From Rhynchobatus australiae (taxonomy: Eukaryota): 64,000 nt of DNA. This document shows positions 36,920-49,870 of this stretch, in pieces; position 1 is the stretch's first letter, and each line of letters starts with the position of its first letter. The notes beneath the pieces are model-generated. The model did no database searches. It was not told the DNA's origin and was given only the letters and a program-made list of their open reading frames with translations. The DNA lies in assembly GCA_034780895.1 (NCBI GenBank), contig JAUZTB010000098.1, positions 82,647,555 to 82,711,554 of the forward strand. Direction: 5' to 3'. The position numbers and the translations under genes are program-made.

Positions 36920-37420
36920 GTATTGAGAAGCATGAGCTAAAGCTGTGCATTCGGTTTTGGTACCACTTTTCAGTAAAATATATTGGCTTTTAAGGGAGCT
37001 CCACCAGAATGATCGAGGGCTTAAGTTGTGAAGATAGTTTACAGAAATTCGGCTTGCATCCTTGGGAGTGATGAAAGTTGAGTGCTATCAGCAAGGTATT
37101 TCAGATGATAAAAGAATTTAACAGGATAAGTACAGAGAAACAATCTTTAGTGTGGAAATCAAGATGAGGTGACATAATTTCGAAATTATGCCCTTCATGG
37201 ATGGTATTAGGAAGCACTTTTATCAACAAAGAATAATAGAAATAGAGTGGTTTCTCTCCTCTCCAAAAAGTCATGAATATAGTGGGCAACTTGTCAGTTA
37301 AAGGTGTGAGAGACCTCATCCCATACTGGAAGGATGAAGTTAAGCAGCAAATCACCCATGGTGTAGTAGAATGGTGGAAGATACCCACAGGCTAAATGGC
37401 CTACTCCTGTCCTGAAGTGT
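36920..37420 (+). mobile_element. Decayed CR1 3' fragment
   Basis: tgtgcattcggttttggtaccac..; tail ggctaaatggcctactcctgtcct. Confidence 0.65.
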
Positions 37421-38879
37421 GCTGACACTGAGACTCACAACCAAGTACAAGGACCACTGTCAGATACAGTGACTTTCATTGCAATAGTGACTACAATTCA
37501 AAATTACTTGATTGGCTATCTTGTTTGACCTATTGGTATGAAAGATGCTTCGCAGAAAATGAAAGTCATTCTGTCAAAAGGCAAGTCTCATTACTTGGAA
37601 CACTCTTGTTAATTTACAACATGAGCAGAATAAAAATAGTCAATCAGAAAACAACCCAAGAGATTCTACCACCCCAACTAATGAAGGGAGAAAACCTTAA
37701 AACAGGAAGCTGTGTGAACGTGATATGTACAAGACAATAGATTGATTTAGTGGAGCTAATTACTGTTGATTATATCTGTTGTTGACTGTGATGCAGAACA
37801 GTACTTTAAGGAATACTATGGATGCATTTTCCCATCAGTGTACTCTCATCTCCAATTCTCAGAGTCAAAACTGCGGAACTGAGTCTTTAATTTGAAGCAA
37901 CGCTTGCTGCAATCAGCAATCACTTCCTTATGCAATCAGTTCCCACAGCCCAATCATTACTCCTCTAAGCCTCCTGCAGCTGTTAGTGGGAGGTGACCTT
38001 CTCCTTGTTCATCAAGATCACAGCTGCTGGCCAATGCTCACTATAGGGTCCTCATTTTACCCAAATATATTTCAAAATAGGCTTTAATTATTTGCATTAA
38101 TTCATTTTATCAGAGTCTGCTGATGTGATTTCATTTTTATCATCCATGTTACATATTAGTGTCAGGTGACTGGACTGGAGCTGTCTCAGTTCTGCTAACT
38201 CTGTTCCAATTTAATGAATCATGTATCAGTTCACCCCAATGCCATGGTCTTATGCATCTGTCCAGTATTCTTGACAGAAAATTCAATGTACATACGGTTA
38301 CTCGTCTTCCTTCAAAATAAATGGACAGATGCTTTCTCACGGTGTGCTTTCTCACGCATCAACAGAGTTGCCCTCTCACTTGTGTACTCTCTCATACTTG
38401 TACTTCCTAACACATGCATCTGTTTTTCTCCCACATACTCTCTCACCATGTCTGTGCTGCCCACACCCACTGGTTTCTGTCTCTCATCCAAGCTCACGTT
38501 CACAGTTATTACACATGGACACACTCATTCCCCATGTTCATACCCCTGGTGGCCTTCTGCTTTTCCGGATGGTGACTTTTATGCACAATCTTTGGGTGCG
38601 GAACCCTTTCCTTATTGGGCAGCTGGTTCTGATGTCAAACAAAGCCAGGTCTGTCAAAGTTGTGTGTCTTGTTCCTAATCACTGCACATTGACTGCCTCA
38701 TTGATATGATCAGTGAATTATTACTGATTTATTCAGTTGATCTTTTCTCCCCTTTCCATAGGCATATAAAACATAAGTTTAAAAAATCCCTGCTGATTTT
38801 TATGCAGGTCTTTCTGAAATTGCAGTCAGATGACTTATTTTCAAGTTTCTTTCACTCCCTTGGCTTTGAGATAACAATG

Positions 38880-39720
38880 TTCAAAAAGACAGCAAGAGTC
38901 ATTCACATTTACACTGGCAACACCCTGCTCCAAACTTACTACTTCTCTCTCAGTCCCTTTGCTGTTTCTAAATGGTTCCACTGCTTGTGTAGCTTCCAGT
39001 ATAGGATGACCAGAAATTTCCTTCAAGTACAAGGGGGAAGCCTGATACTCTCCATCACGAACTCCAGCCACTAGCCTCTGACTCCCACCCCTTACAACTG
39101 GCTGAGGCAGAACCTCAGTGTACAAAACCTTGATGTCATATTTGACCCAGAGGTGAGCTTTGAGCCACTTAGCCCAGCCATCACCAAGAACATTTATAAC
39201 AGAAATGCAGCACTGACCTCAACTCATCTTCTGTTCAAACCCAGAGCCACACCATGCCTTTGTGCTTGAGTACTCTAATGCTCTCCTGGCCATCCTCCCT
39301 CCATACATTTTGCATAAGCTTGAGCCCATCCAAACTCCTGCTGACTATATCCTTTTAAGTCCTGGTTACCCATTACCCACAAATCTCAGCTGGCTTCCAT
39401 TAAAGCAGTGCCTCAATTTTAACATCCACGTCCATGTCTTTGATTACTACTTAGCCTCACCCTTCCTTGTCTCTATAATCTTCTCATTGTACAGCCCTCA
39501 GCTCAATTTTCCAATTTGTGCCTTCGGCCTTGAAATTACCAAACCAAACAGCTCCATCTCTCTAACAATTCCTCCTTTAGGAAATCTTTTGAGGTTCTTT
39601 GATCAAGCATTCAGTCACTTGTTGTAAAATCTGATTATGTGCTCAATGTCTAATTTTTTTTGGTAATCCTTCTGTGAAGAACCTTGGAATTCCATTAAAG
39701 GCACTGTATTGACACATGGT
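38880..39720 (+). mobile_element. L2 LINE 3' remnant
   Basis: aaccttgatgtcatatttgaccc (NLGVIFD-like), cttgagtactctaatgctctcctggc (LDYSNALL-like), and an L2-type tail tgtgaagaaccttgg..ttaaaggcactgtat. Confidence 0.7.
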
Positions 39721-40519
39721 GCACAAGAACAGTCTAGTTAAGCCACCATCATTTTGCCTTCTCAGGGAATGTCCAATATCAGTTTGTCATATGTCAATCT
39801 GTTTATTCATTCACAACACTTTTTACCTATCTGTAATTGCCTCTGAATTGAGTAGCTTCCTGGGTTACTTTAACAAGGCTATTTTGAGTCCTTTGGAGTG
39901 ATATTTATTTGAGGCAAAGTAAGGATAACAGATTTTCAGCCGTGAACGATATTATTTAACCGGATAGGTTTTTCGCCCCCAACCCCCCGCCCCAGCAATC
40001 CCCAGACCATCTCCCCACATCCTTCTCAGTGATTGTGACCACATCTAATTTCCTAAAGAAATGGATAAGGGGCCTCGATTTCATATCGAGTCGAGGACTA
40101 GCTGCATGTGTCACTGGCAGAGACTGAGGCCTAAAGATTTCTCTGTGCAACTCCAGAGGAAACGGGGCTTTGCTGTTGAAATTTGTCTTTACCAAGGGCC
40201 ATGCAATATTATGCCCATTCCTGGGAAGTCTTAGCACTCACCGGGAAACTCAGCTGCTGACTTTCCAGTAGGATTTTTGTTTGAGCGGACATCTTTCTGA
40301 AGTGTAAAATTCTCCCAGAAGACTTTAGCTGTAGTGCAATCCCCAAAGTTTATCTCCAGTATTATCCTCGGTGTCAATGATTTGGAAAAAAATGACCTCT
40401 TTTGTTTTTACTCTGGGAATAGCCAGGTTTCATTAACCCTGTTTCTCCTGAAACGGTGTTATTTAAGAGGTCAACATTCGAACTGACGACTTTGATTTCA
40501 GTGAGATCTTTGACTACCT

Positions 40520-40800
40520 GTGTGCCTGGGCTACTTCACTCATGGAGATCATGATCACTCTCAGCCTTGCAGTCATGCCAGGCACTTGTGGCTGATCTTT
40601 ACCATGCCTCATGGTTTGCTGCTTACTATTGTATCAGGGAGGTCACCCGAACTCCATACTCAAAGAACAAAGACTTCAATCCAAGCAGCAGGCAGAGTGT
40701 GCACACACATTTGCCTGCACTGCAAGGTTGCCCGAAGTGCAGGTGTTCATGTGGTTTCCTCCCTGCAACCTCCAGCCAGGTGTTCCTAACTGTAGCCCTG
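40520..40800 (+). mobile_element. PIF/Harbinger transposase relic
   Basis: Adjacent frames read SCQALVADLYHASWFAAYYCIREVTRTPY and KQQAECAHTFACTARLPEVQ. These resemble HARBI1-family GSFQ..GD...SQ....CIREVT.AL and F..IAGFP.VQG. Confidence 0.55.
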
Positions 40801-41252
40801 GAGTATCACATGAAAACTTGCCTCCAGCAGGTACTGTTTTCACCAGGTCCCTGAGACCTCAGACTCCCCCTTCCCCCTGAGAGATCTCTGCCATTCCCTC
40901 TTTTAGCAATGATAAGTAGCAACATTACTTAGTAGGTGGAAGAGTGCTGTTTGTTATGAGGTATGTCCCTTCAGGAGACAGCTGCCTCGATTGTATCTGC
41001 TGGACTAAATGTCAGCATCTGCAAGAACTTGAATGAACAGAGTTGCTGACATGGCACAGAACCCCAAATGCTCTGTCTGTGAACTTCAGAATTGAAGATT
41101 TTGCTTGAAATGGGACTTTCACACAGTACTGTTTTGATGCTATTAATAGGTAATGGACAATTTCTAGGCCAGAATCCATGCATCTTCAATAGTGCTTTTA
41201 TTAATTATGGATTTTGCACACTCAAACTCTTGTTTTCTCTCATGCATAACAG

Positions 41253-41447
41253 CCAGTTCCCGGGCCTCTTACAGCAGCCAGCACAGCCACCTGGGCCCAG
41301 ACCTGCGCCCGCTGCAGTCTCCAGAGCACCACATTGACCCCATATACGAAGATAGAGTTTATCAAAAGCCCCCTTTGAGGAGTCTCAGTCAAAGTCAAGG
41401 AGACCCACTGCAGACATCTCTTACAGGGACTTATCGCACGAGTACAG
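41253..41447 (+). CDS. CTNND2: Delta-2 catenin coding exon (exon 8 equivalent), 195 nt
   Basis: ataacag|CC AGT TCC CGG...AGT ACA G|gtacag. Encodes [59 protein letters not shown]. Confidence 0.97.
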
Positions 41448-41589
41448 GTACAGTGNNNNNNNNNNATGTAAAGCTATCATGCTTGTTATCAGTATCATAT
41501 TTTAATAAGTTATACATCTGCCCATTAACGCACTTGCACACCCCCATTAACCTGAAGCACAGTTCACAGTGAGCAGTCATATCTGATGA

Positions 41590-42230
41590 ATAGACTTGTA
41601 TTCATATAACATCTTCCACCACTTTGAGACATCCCAAGTCATTTCAGTACAGCCAATTCAGTACCTTTCAAATTATGATCAGTGTTGTAATGGAGGAAAT
41701 GTTGCTGCCAATTTGCTCACAACAACGTCTCATAAACAGCTGTGAGATACTAATCAGTGTTAGTGACGTTAAGGAATAATTATTGGCTTGGACACCAGGG
41801 AGAAGTACCTTGCTCTTAATCATAGTTATAGAGCACATAAACAGGTTCTTCAACCCACTGTTTCCATGCAACTATCAAGTACCTATCTATACTAATCCCA
41901 TTTATCAGCACTTGGTCCTGCCTTGATGATTCAAGTAGTCATCTGGATGCTTTTGAAATGTTGCAACAACATTTCANNNNNNNNNNNNNNNNNNNNNNNN
42001 NNNNNNNNNNNNNNNNNNNNNNNNNNNNNNNNNNNNNNNNNNNNNNNNNNNNNNNCCCAAACCTCACACAATTCATTTTAAACCTCAGCCCTCTGGTCTT
42101 AGGCACCTCTGTCATGGGGACATATTCCCAGGGGATCATTGATTTCTCATTTTTGCAACAGCAGATGGGATCTCAGTTAATGTCCCATCCATGGGACATG
42201 ACAGATCAGTAGGGACTTTGTATGAAGGAC
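41590..42230 (-). mobile_element. Deu-domain SINE interrupted by a CR1 tail fragment (~41825-42130)
   Basis: gacttgtattcatataac..gacatcccaag..ccaatttgctcacaac..ttggacaccagggagaa, then catagttatagagcac.., then the SINE resumes cagatgggatctcagttaatgtcccatcc. Confidence 0.6.
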
Positions 42231-42629
42231 GACATTTGATATTGCTAAATATCCTGCAGTGTCTCGAACATTGCACTGGAAACAGGTTATATTGACAGCA
42301 GTTGGAATGAAATATTTGTTGTGATCATCAGATTTACTCTGTGTAAATAACTATATATGGTTTAGCTTGGTTACATTATTGAGCAAGAAATGTGAGTGCA
42401 GTACTTAAAAGATGCAGTCAGAATATTCTTTCCTGATTTAAAAAAAACAATTGTAGTGAAAGTGAAAAATTGTACTTTTCCTTTAAAACCATTATCACCA
42501 ATGCTCCCTCAGGATGCGTTCTCCTACCCAACAACAATCCAGCAGTCCACCTTGGCATAACTGCAGCCCATTTGCTCCACAAAATTTTAGGGTTCCATCT
42601 TCAGTTGGGCATAATCTAAGATGTAGCTT

Positions 42630-42985
42630 ACCAAGTGGCATGGTAAGATAGCAGTTAAGTTACTGGACTAGCTGGTAGAGTTCTGGGCCATAGTTCTGGA
42701 GACACAAGTGTACATCCCTCTAACAGAGCTGGGAAATTCAATTTTAATTTCAAATACAAGCCAAGTGATATAGCAGTAGCCATGAAATTACTGCTTTGCC
42801 CTAAAGCCTAGCCAATTCACTGACGTGAAATTTACTATCCCTACCTGCTTTGGCCTTTAGGTGATTCCAAATCCATCTGTATGGTTGGTGCTTGGTTGAC
42901 TCCTCAGCTCAAGGACAATTAGGGATGGACAATAAATACTAGTGTTACCAGGAACAGTCACATCTGAGTACAAATAAATAAGAAA
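42630..42985 (+). mobile_element. tRNA-derived SINE sharing the family-B LINE tail; second copy at ~47160-47545
   Basis: ttactggactag head; tail ggacaattagggatggacaataaatact..cacatctgagtacaaataaa is the reverse complement of the family B ends at ~2980 and ~19660. Confidence 0.55.
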
Positions 42986-44817
42986 AAATATTCTTGGGGC
43001 TTCATCACAAGGCCAACTGTTCTGCCCCCACATAGTTGGTTAAAATCTCTGCTAATCCCTCACTGACTGGAAAGTGAACTAACTCTTCATAACCCAAATG
43101 AATGTCAAAGAGGATTTTGTTAACTATTTTTATAGTTAATCAGCAGAAAAGTGTTCATGGAAATTTTTAGCACTTAATCTTTGTAAAGCCTTTAAGAATT
43201 TTCTCCATGGTTGCTTACAGCAGTCCTGAATTAATCTTTGCTGGAAACTCAAGGACACCTCAAGAGGGTTGCATACTGATCATACAGCCACACACAATAG
43301 GTTGCTGGTTTTTACACGGACAGCATTGTCTATTCATAAACTCTGCAAACTAACTATCCATCTTTTTGAGTGCATTCATGCAAACAAACACAGGATGCCC
43401 TTAAAGTCAGTGATAGTTATTTAGAAAATACTTCACCAGTGAGCATGCTTATTGATTGAAAGGAAACTAAAACTTCATCACTACTCAGGCTAATCAGAAT
43501 CATTTAACAGTTGACGATAAAAACTTTTATTTCGCTATCACCTTGAATGTAGTAAAGATGCCCAAGGTATGTAATAGACTGTAATCAACAAGCATTTATA
43601 GTATTTAAAAAGCATCCTTTGAAAGATTGAAATGTTTTGGAGGGAATTTCATGGCTGATTGGTACCTAAGCCATATGTCAGCCCTAGCTTTGTGCCCCTT
43701 TTATATACTTCCCCAAATAACTTTGAACCCTGAGATTGAGCTTGAAGAATCTCATCAAAGTTTCTCATCACTTATTGCTGGTAATCTCATACTGAGGTGA
43801 GNNNNNNNNNNNNNNNNNNNNNNNNNNNNNNNNNNNNNNNNNNNNNNNNNNNNNNNNNNNNNNNNNNNNNNNNNNNNNNNNNNNNNNNNNNNNNNNNNNN
43901 NCAATCCTGTCCTGAAATAGGTGCTGAAGATGCCTGGAACTTCCTGGGAGTTGTTTTGTTTCCATTGACAGTACTCTGTCAGAGAGTTTTTTTGTGTGTT
44001 CACACGGTTTCTGGCATGCTGCCAGAGGAAATTACTGGCCAAGTTGCAGGAGAATCATTATTCCTTACCCATATTGTACTTCATCCAGGAGCTAGCCAAA
44101 ATGAGTGATAGCCATGAGTGGAAATATTCCCATCAGGGATAATAAGCCTAAATGTCTCAAGGCATTTCTCAAAGATGTTGTTTTTCATGTGTAAAGGCAA
44201 TTTATCTGAACAAAATTATGATTGTTGATGTACCAAGACATTCATTAAGTAGCATAACCTTTTGAATTTTTATGTAACTAAATTTACACATTGCCAGATT
44301 TGGTACAGAACTAAGCATTCTTATAGATATCTCATTGGAGTTGCAACCTCTCTGCCTGGCTACTTCCAGGCCCTCCCACTATTTGGACAGGTCTTGTTAT
44401 ATATTCTTTATAATTAGTCCTTCGAGCACCAACTCTGCAGTGGACTTCTTCAACTGTTCTTGATTTCCTCCTCTTGATACTAAAACAAGTTTCAGGTGTG
44501 ACTGTGCCAATGCACTCCTGCCTTATCTTCCACACTCCATGAACATGGACATAGCCAAATCTCAGCTGTCCATCTTTCAATTCACAGCAAGTTCCGATTG
44601 CATTCAACCCTTTGCTCACTGATGTACCAAGGCCCACATTTAAATTAGGACAATTTAAGAATTCTCATCTTCCTTTTCCCATAAATGTAGTCTCTTGTAG
44701 TTCTGTAATCTCCCTGAAGCCCATCTCTGGCTTTTCATTCATCTCTTATACAAATTCATGAATTTTGGCCTTTTTCTGACCCTGAGATCCTTCAGGCCAC
44801 AAGTTTCATTTACTACT

Positions 44818-44863
44818 ATAACAAGTACAGCTTGCTTATCATAACAAGTACAGCTTGCTTATC
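44818..44863. repeat. Perfect 23-bp tandem duplication
   Basis: ataacaagtacagcttgcttatc x2. Confidence 0.95.
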
Positions 44864-46014
44864 TCTATAACACCCTAATGACTCAGTCAATGTTCCCATG
44901 TGAACCTATTTTGGGCAATACCCAACACAGCCCATAATCACTCAACTGAAAGTATGATTGCACCCCTCCACACACAGGCTGCTGTATCTGCATTTTGTAA
45001 ATCACTGGCCTACTCCAGGTCAGGTCTAGAGATTCTTCAGCCATGTCCATCAGCAGTTTCCTTTGTTTTACCTTTGCCTACAGGCATCTAGGCTTTTTGC
45101 AATAAAATTCTCTCCNNNNNNNNNNNNNNNNNNNNNNNNNNNNNNNNNNNNNNNNNNNNNNNNNNNNNNNNNNNNNNNNNNNNNNNNNNNNNNNNNNNNN
45201 NNNNNNNNNNNNNNNCTCTCCCTAAACCTCTCTGCCTCTGCATTTCTCTCTCCTCCTTTAAGACTTTCCTTAAAATCTATTAATAAGCCTCAACTGTTAA
45301 ATAGTCACCTGTTCTAATGACTCCATTATTTAAGCTCTGTTTCCTTTTTTGTTTGAATGATATACAAATGCAAATCATATTGATTTCTCATTTACCATTT
45401 TGTTTTGGGGGGGTGGTGGCAGTGGAGGGTGAGTTCAACTATAGTTTCTAACAAAATCAGTTTAAAAACACAATGAAAAAAACTGAATTAATATTTTTTT
45501 CCTGGTCCACTTACAGTATGGTGGATCATGCTTCCAAAATGTTTCTCTTTGCATCATGGGGCACTTTCTCACAAAAGTAGTGCCGGTGAGATTTTGGACC
45601 AGTTTAACATGAATATGCAATATAGCTCAAAGGGCACAGAAGCCTCAGGCATTGCAGTGCTGATTTACCTGCCCGACCAAGTTGCTGGGGTTGTGCAGGA
45701 ATAATCAGTTTCAACAACAAAAAGATCCCTGGCAGTGTATTGCCACTCACTTGAGTTCACATTGATGAGCACAATGGTATTTTGATGATAGAGAAGTTTC
45801 CTTGTTAAACTAGGACAGTTGATGCTTCAATGGGATGAGTGCCCTTCGCAAAATGAGGGTGAACATTAATAGAAGCAATCATCTAGTTCCCTAGTGCTCT
45901 ACATTTGTGTTAGAGGGTGTGCAACCAAGGTCCACATTGACTCCAAGGATGGATCATTGCACTTGTGCATACATGTAATTGTGCATATGATAATAAACTT
46001 AACTTTGACTTTGG

Positions 46015-46420
46015 GAGTATTGGTGTATAAGTATGGATTAATCAGATTGGGTTTATACTCTGGTATATTGAACAATGGAAGATAATTTCATTACTGGGCT
46101 TGCAGACACAGTGACAATATTTCCCCAGGATGGGGTAAATAGAACCAGGGATCACAGGCTCAGACTAAGGGGTCAGCCATTCAGGGTAGAGATGAGATCA
46201 GAATGCAATGTATCTTTGGATTTCTTCACCAAAGAAAGTTATGGTAGCTCAGTTGCTGAGTATATTCAAAACAAGAATTGATAGAGCTTTTTATATATTA
46301 AGGGATATATGAGTTAGTACAGGAAAATGGCACCAAGGTAAAAGGTCAGATATGATCTTGTTGAATGACAGAGCAGATACAAGGGCTGAATGCTCTATTC
46401 CCGCTCCTGTTTCCTATGTG
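46015..46420 (+). mobile_element. Decayed CR1 3' fragment
   Basis: IFPQDGVNRTRDHRLRLRGQPFRVEMR; tail gggctgaatgctctattcccgctcctgtttcctatgt. Confidence 0.75.
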
Positions 46421-46783
46421 CTAGACCCCACTCCCTGTCTTTTACTGATCTGCACAAGAGTTTTGCTTTGCAAGAAATGGGTGAAGAAACTTAAAAAGAA
46501 AAATAGCTGTCCATGTAAAGGTGTATGTGTCTGCATTAATGTCCCTTTACTGTTCATTTTTGGAATAATGGGCATTTGCACACCTTTCCAGTTTGTGTTC
46601 ATTGCTTGATGCAGAAGCGTTGAGAACAATGGTGTAGGCTCTTGGTAAGTGCTCATCATTAATTCTACTTGCCAATAGAAATAACCATTCCTTCATTTCT
46701 ATGAAACCAACAGCTGTAAATCTAGAATGTGTTGTTCAGCTGTTCTTGTGACTTCAAAGCTCTTTCTCAAGTGGAACACATCC

Positions 46784-46825
46784 TCTTCGTTCTCTGCCTC
46801 AAGGTCTTCGTTCTCTGCCTGAAGG
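46784..46825. repeat. 21-bp tandem duplication (1 mismatch)
   Basis: tcttcgttctctgcctcaagg followed by tcttcgttctctgcctgaagg. Confidence 0.9.
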
Positions 46826-49054
46826 TATTTATCAAGGCTTGATCAAATTCAACTCCAGGCTTCTTAGTTGACATCCTCACTGGAGGTGCCCCAGATGAAC
46901 TTTGGATAGATGCATTCTTAACAATGGTGTGATACCTTCATTTTGCGTCTGATTAACTGCATGATCTCCTGAGTTCCTCAGTGAAGCCAGCTGCTATCAC
47001 CTCCTCCGCTTGCGGTTCTCTGTCAAAGCAGAGCTTCAGCTTCACAGCACTAAACTCTTAAGCTGAGTGCAGTGGGCATGATGAAGATACAAAATTTTCT
47101 TAACACTTTAGGTGCTGGAGTGAATAAGTATCCTTCTATTATCATTCATTTGAATATACAGGTATGCTTGTGGTGTGATTATATGATTAAACTAATAAAC
47201 CTAGCACCTGGGATCAATAATCTAGAGAACATGACTTCAAATCCTACTGTGGCAGAATGTTAAGAATTTTAAGTCAGCTTGAAATATCTGGAAATAAAAA
47301 AAAGTTAATATCAGTTAAAGTGGCTATGAAGTAGTGAGGTTAATTACGTTGTTGAATTTTTCACTATTTTGTCTTTTTATCTTAGCCAGACCAGCATATA
47401 GCTCGAAAATCAACGTGATTTAGTGTTAGCTTTCTTCTGAAATAGCCTAGCAATCCACTTGATTGTATCCAAGGCAACTTGGAAAGAACAGTAAATGCTA
47501 GCTCCTTGCTAATGCCACCCATTAGCAAGGATGTGGATGAATTTTTCAGTACAGTACTTCCTTTTCATGAGGTATCCTTGACACCATGCACCATCTGCCC
47601 AAGGCAAGGACAGGCATACAATCTTGCACTTAACCATGTTTCGCTATCCCATCAAAATTTCTCTTTCTCTGAAAAAGCTTTCATTTTACAACTTTTCCTG
47701 TTCAATCTCAAGATATGAATTTTTCTGACAGAACCAGCAGCTATTACACTTGAGAGGGTGAGGCTACTTGAACTACTACAGTCCAAGTGGTCCAAAGAGA
47801 ACTCAGAGAACCAATTCCAGAATTTTGACTCACTGATCCAAGGAATTATATNNNNNNNNNNNNAGTTGCCAAAGTAATATCTGTGGAATGATGAGTTTGT
47901 GTTTTGTTTGTGTCAGTGTGAAAAGCCAAACATTGGGAAGTTCTTTGGGTGTTCTCCTGATGGAGTATGCTGCAACTGTGGTGCTCATTCACAGGTATAT
48001 CTCTGAAGAATTCCTGCCCATCTTCAAAGATATAGTATCTAATCTACAGAACCTCTGCACCCAGCATATCCCACTTCATATCAAGGAATAGACCCTGAGC
48101 CCAAACCTCAACCTTGCACAGGGCTTTTCTTGACTTTCAACACCACCCCCAATCCCACTTCTTTAATGTGGCCAAAGCACCTGACTCCTGAACCTGGCCT
48201 TGGGTGCAACTGCCTAGTGACACATTTTGATTAAGAAACTACTAGTGGTCCTTCGGTAATGCCTGAGGCCTTGGCCTCAAATTCTCATTGCTTCAGCAGT
48301 CACTTGCTCTCAGAAGTGGACCTTTTGGGTGAATTTTCTTGGTGGTATGCTTTTATATTTCCATTAATATCTGAGAATGGACTTGCCCTACCTCCTTACA
48401 TTTTATTGGCATGATATTTTATATATATATTTTTTGTGCTCGCATTAATGTTTTGCACAACAACCTTTCCCATTTGGACATTTCATCTTCAGCATTAAGA
48501 AAGCCCAGTCCTGAAATATGCTCTTCAGAAAAGTGGGTGAGTCTGCCCAGCCCTGTCCTTCCCTAAGATATCTTCATGGGGCTAACCTGCATAGTCAGCT
48601 GTTGTCCTTTTGCAGCAAGAAACTAAGTAGATGTGAACAAATTCTTTTTAAGTTGTGTTTCAAGATATCCATTAGGAATTTCTCAAAGGTCCACTGGATA
48701 GATACTCTATCTTCAAAGTTGTGCAGGAATCCCTCAGAGATAAACTCCATGCATGGATCTATGTTGAAACAGCTCAGTGGGGAAAATACTCAAGAAAATT
48801 TTCAGTGCTTGTCTTTTCATGATTCAAACAAACAAACTCAATACATCTCTGAGCAGAAGGAACGACTGTTAAACAAGCATTTGATCATTTCGCAGAATGT
48901 TGAGAAATGAATGCTGTTTGAGGAAAAAATAGGCAGAGGTTGTTGAGAATTCCTCAGATATGAAAGTGTGTCTGGTTTAATTATCTCAAAAGCTAATTTC
49001 AAAATAGGATATCTCTCCTTGCACCNNNNNNNNNNNNNNNNNNNNNNNNNNNNN

Positions 49055-49870
49055 CCCTTGGCCACTGCTCTGTGTAGTGAAGATATCTTCTGGCCTCAGG
49101 GAAGTTGTAAAGCTTTTGTCAACTTGTAATATAGCACTCACTGTTGAAGTGAAGGAGGGTGCTTGAACTGAATTCGGTTGCAGAGATGGATGGATAGGAA
49201 ATGCAAAGCAATGGAAAGGCTTGAATATAGATGAGAATTTTAGATTGTGGTGTTGAGGGCATTGAGATCCAAAAAAGTCCGGCAAGCATGATGACGATGG
49301 GGCGGGGGGGGCAGTGGAGGAGGGTGATGGACAAAACTGGACCTGGAAGGAAGTAGACAATGGCAATAAAGTTTGAGATGCTACAGTCTGGAGTGAAAAG
49401 CACACTGCTGGAGGAACTCAGCGAGTCGAGCAGCACCTGTGGAGGCAAAGGAATAATCTGTGTCAGGTCAAGACTCTACATCAGTTCCTGCACTAGTTTG
49501 TTTTTTGCAATAACATTTGATTTGAGCTGAAGACTTATAGAAATGGTAGAAATGAGAAGCTGAATGGAGAAGGTTGAATTGTCATGCACGGAGGTGACAA
49601 AAACACAATTGGGGATTTCAGCAGCATTGGTAGATGGGGTTGTTGACATTATTGAGGTTGAAGTAGATGTTGTTTCAGAAATTCAGGATCTTGGCTTGGA
49701 TCAAATGAGACTCTGAGTTTCTTGCATTTCTGGCTGAGCCTGAGTTGATGTCCACAGAACAAGCCTTGCTGAGAAGACTATTATTTACATGATGGGAGCT
49801 GGAGACAGACTTTAATTATCCTCATATTTAAATGGAAAGAGCCACACCTTTCATAACTTTTGAAACCTGG
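49055..49870 (-). mobile_element. L2 remnant containing a Penelope-like terminal fragment (49370-49490)
   Basis: atgagaattttagattg, ggacctggaaggaagtagacaatggcaataa, ttcaggatcttggcttggatcaaatgagactctgagttt are reverse L2 motifs matching 38880-39720. Confidence 0.55.

Noticed and set aside
38214-38709. Overlapping 126-154 aa ORFs
   Set aside because: They arise from low-complexity CA/CT-rich sequence poor in stop codons; no homology or splice logic.
41253-41256. Second AG 4 nt into exon 8 (aacag|ccag|)
   Set aside because: It would frameshift; the upstream AG gives the homologous 195-nt exon.
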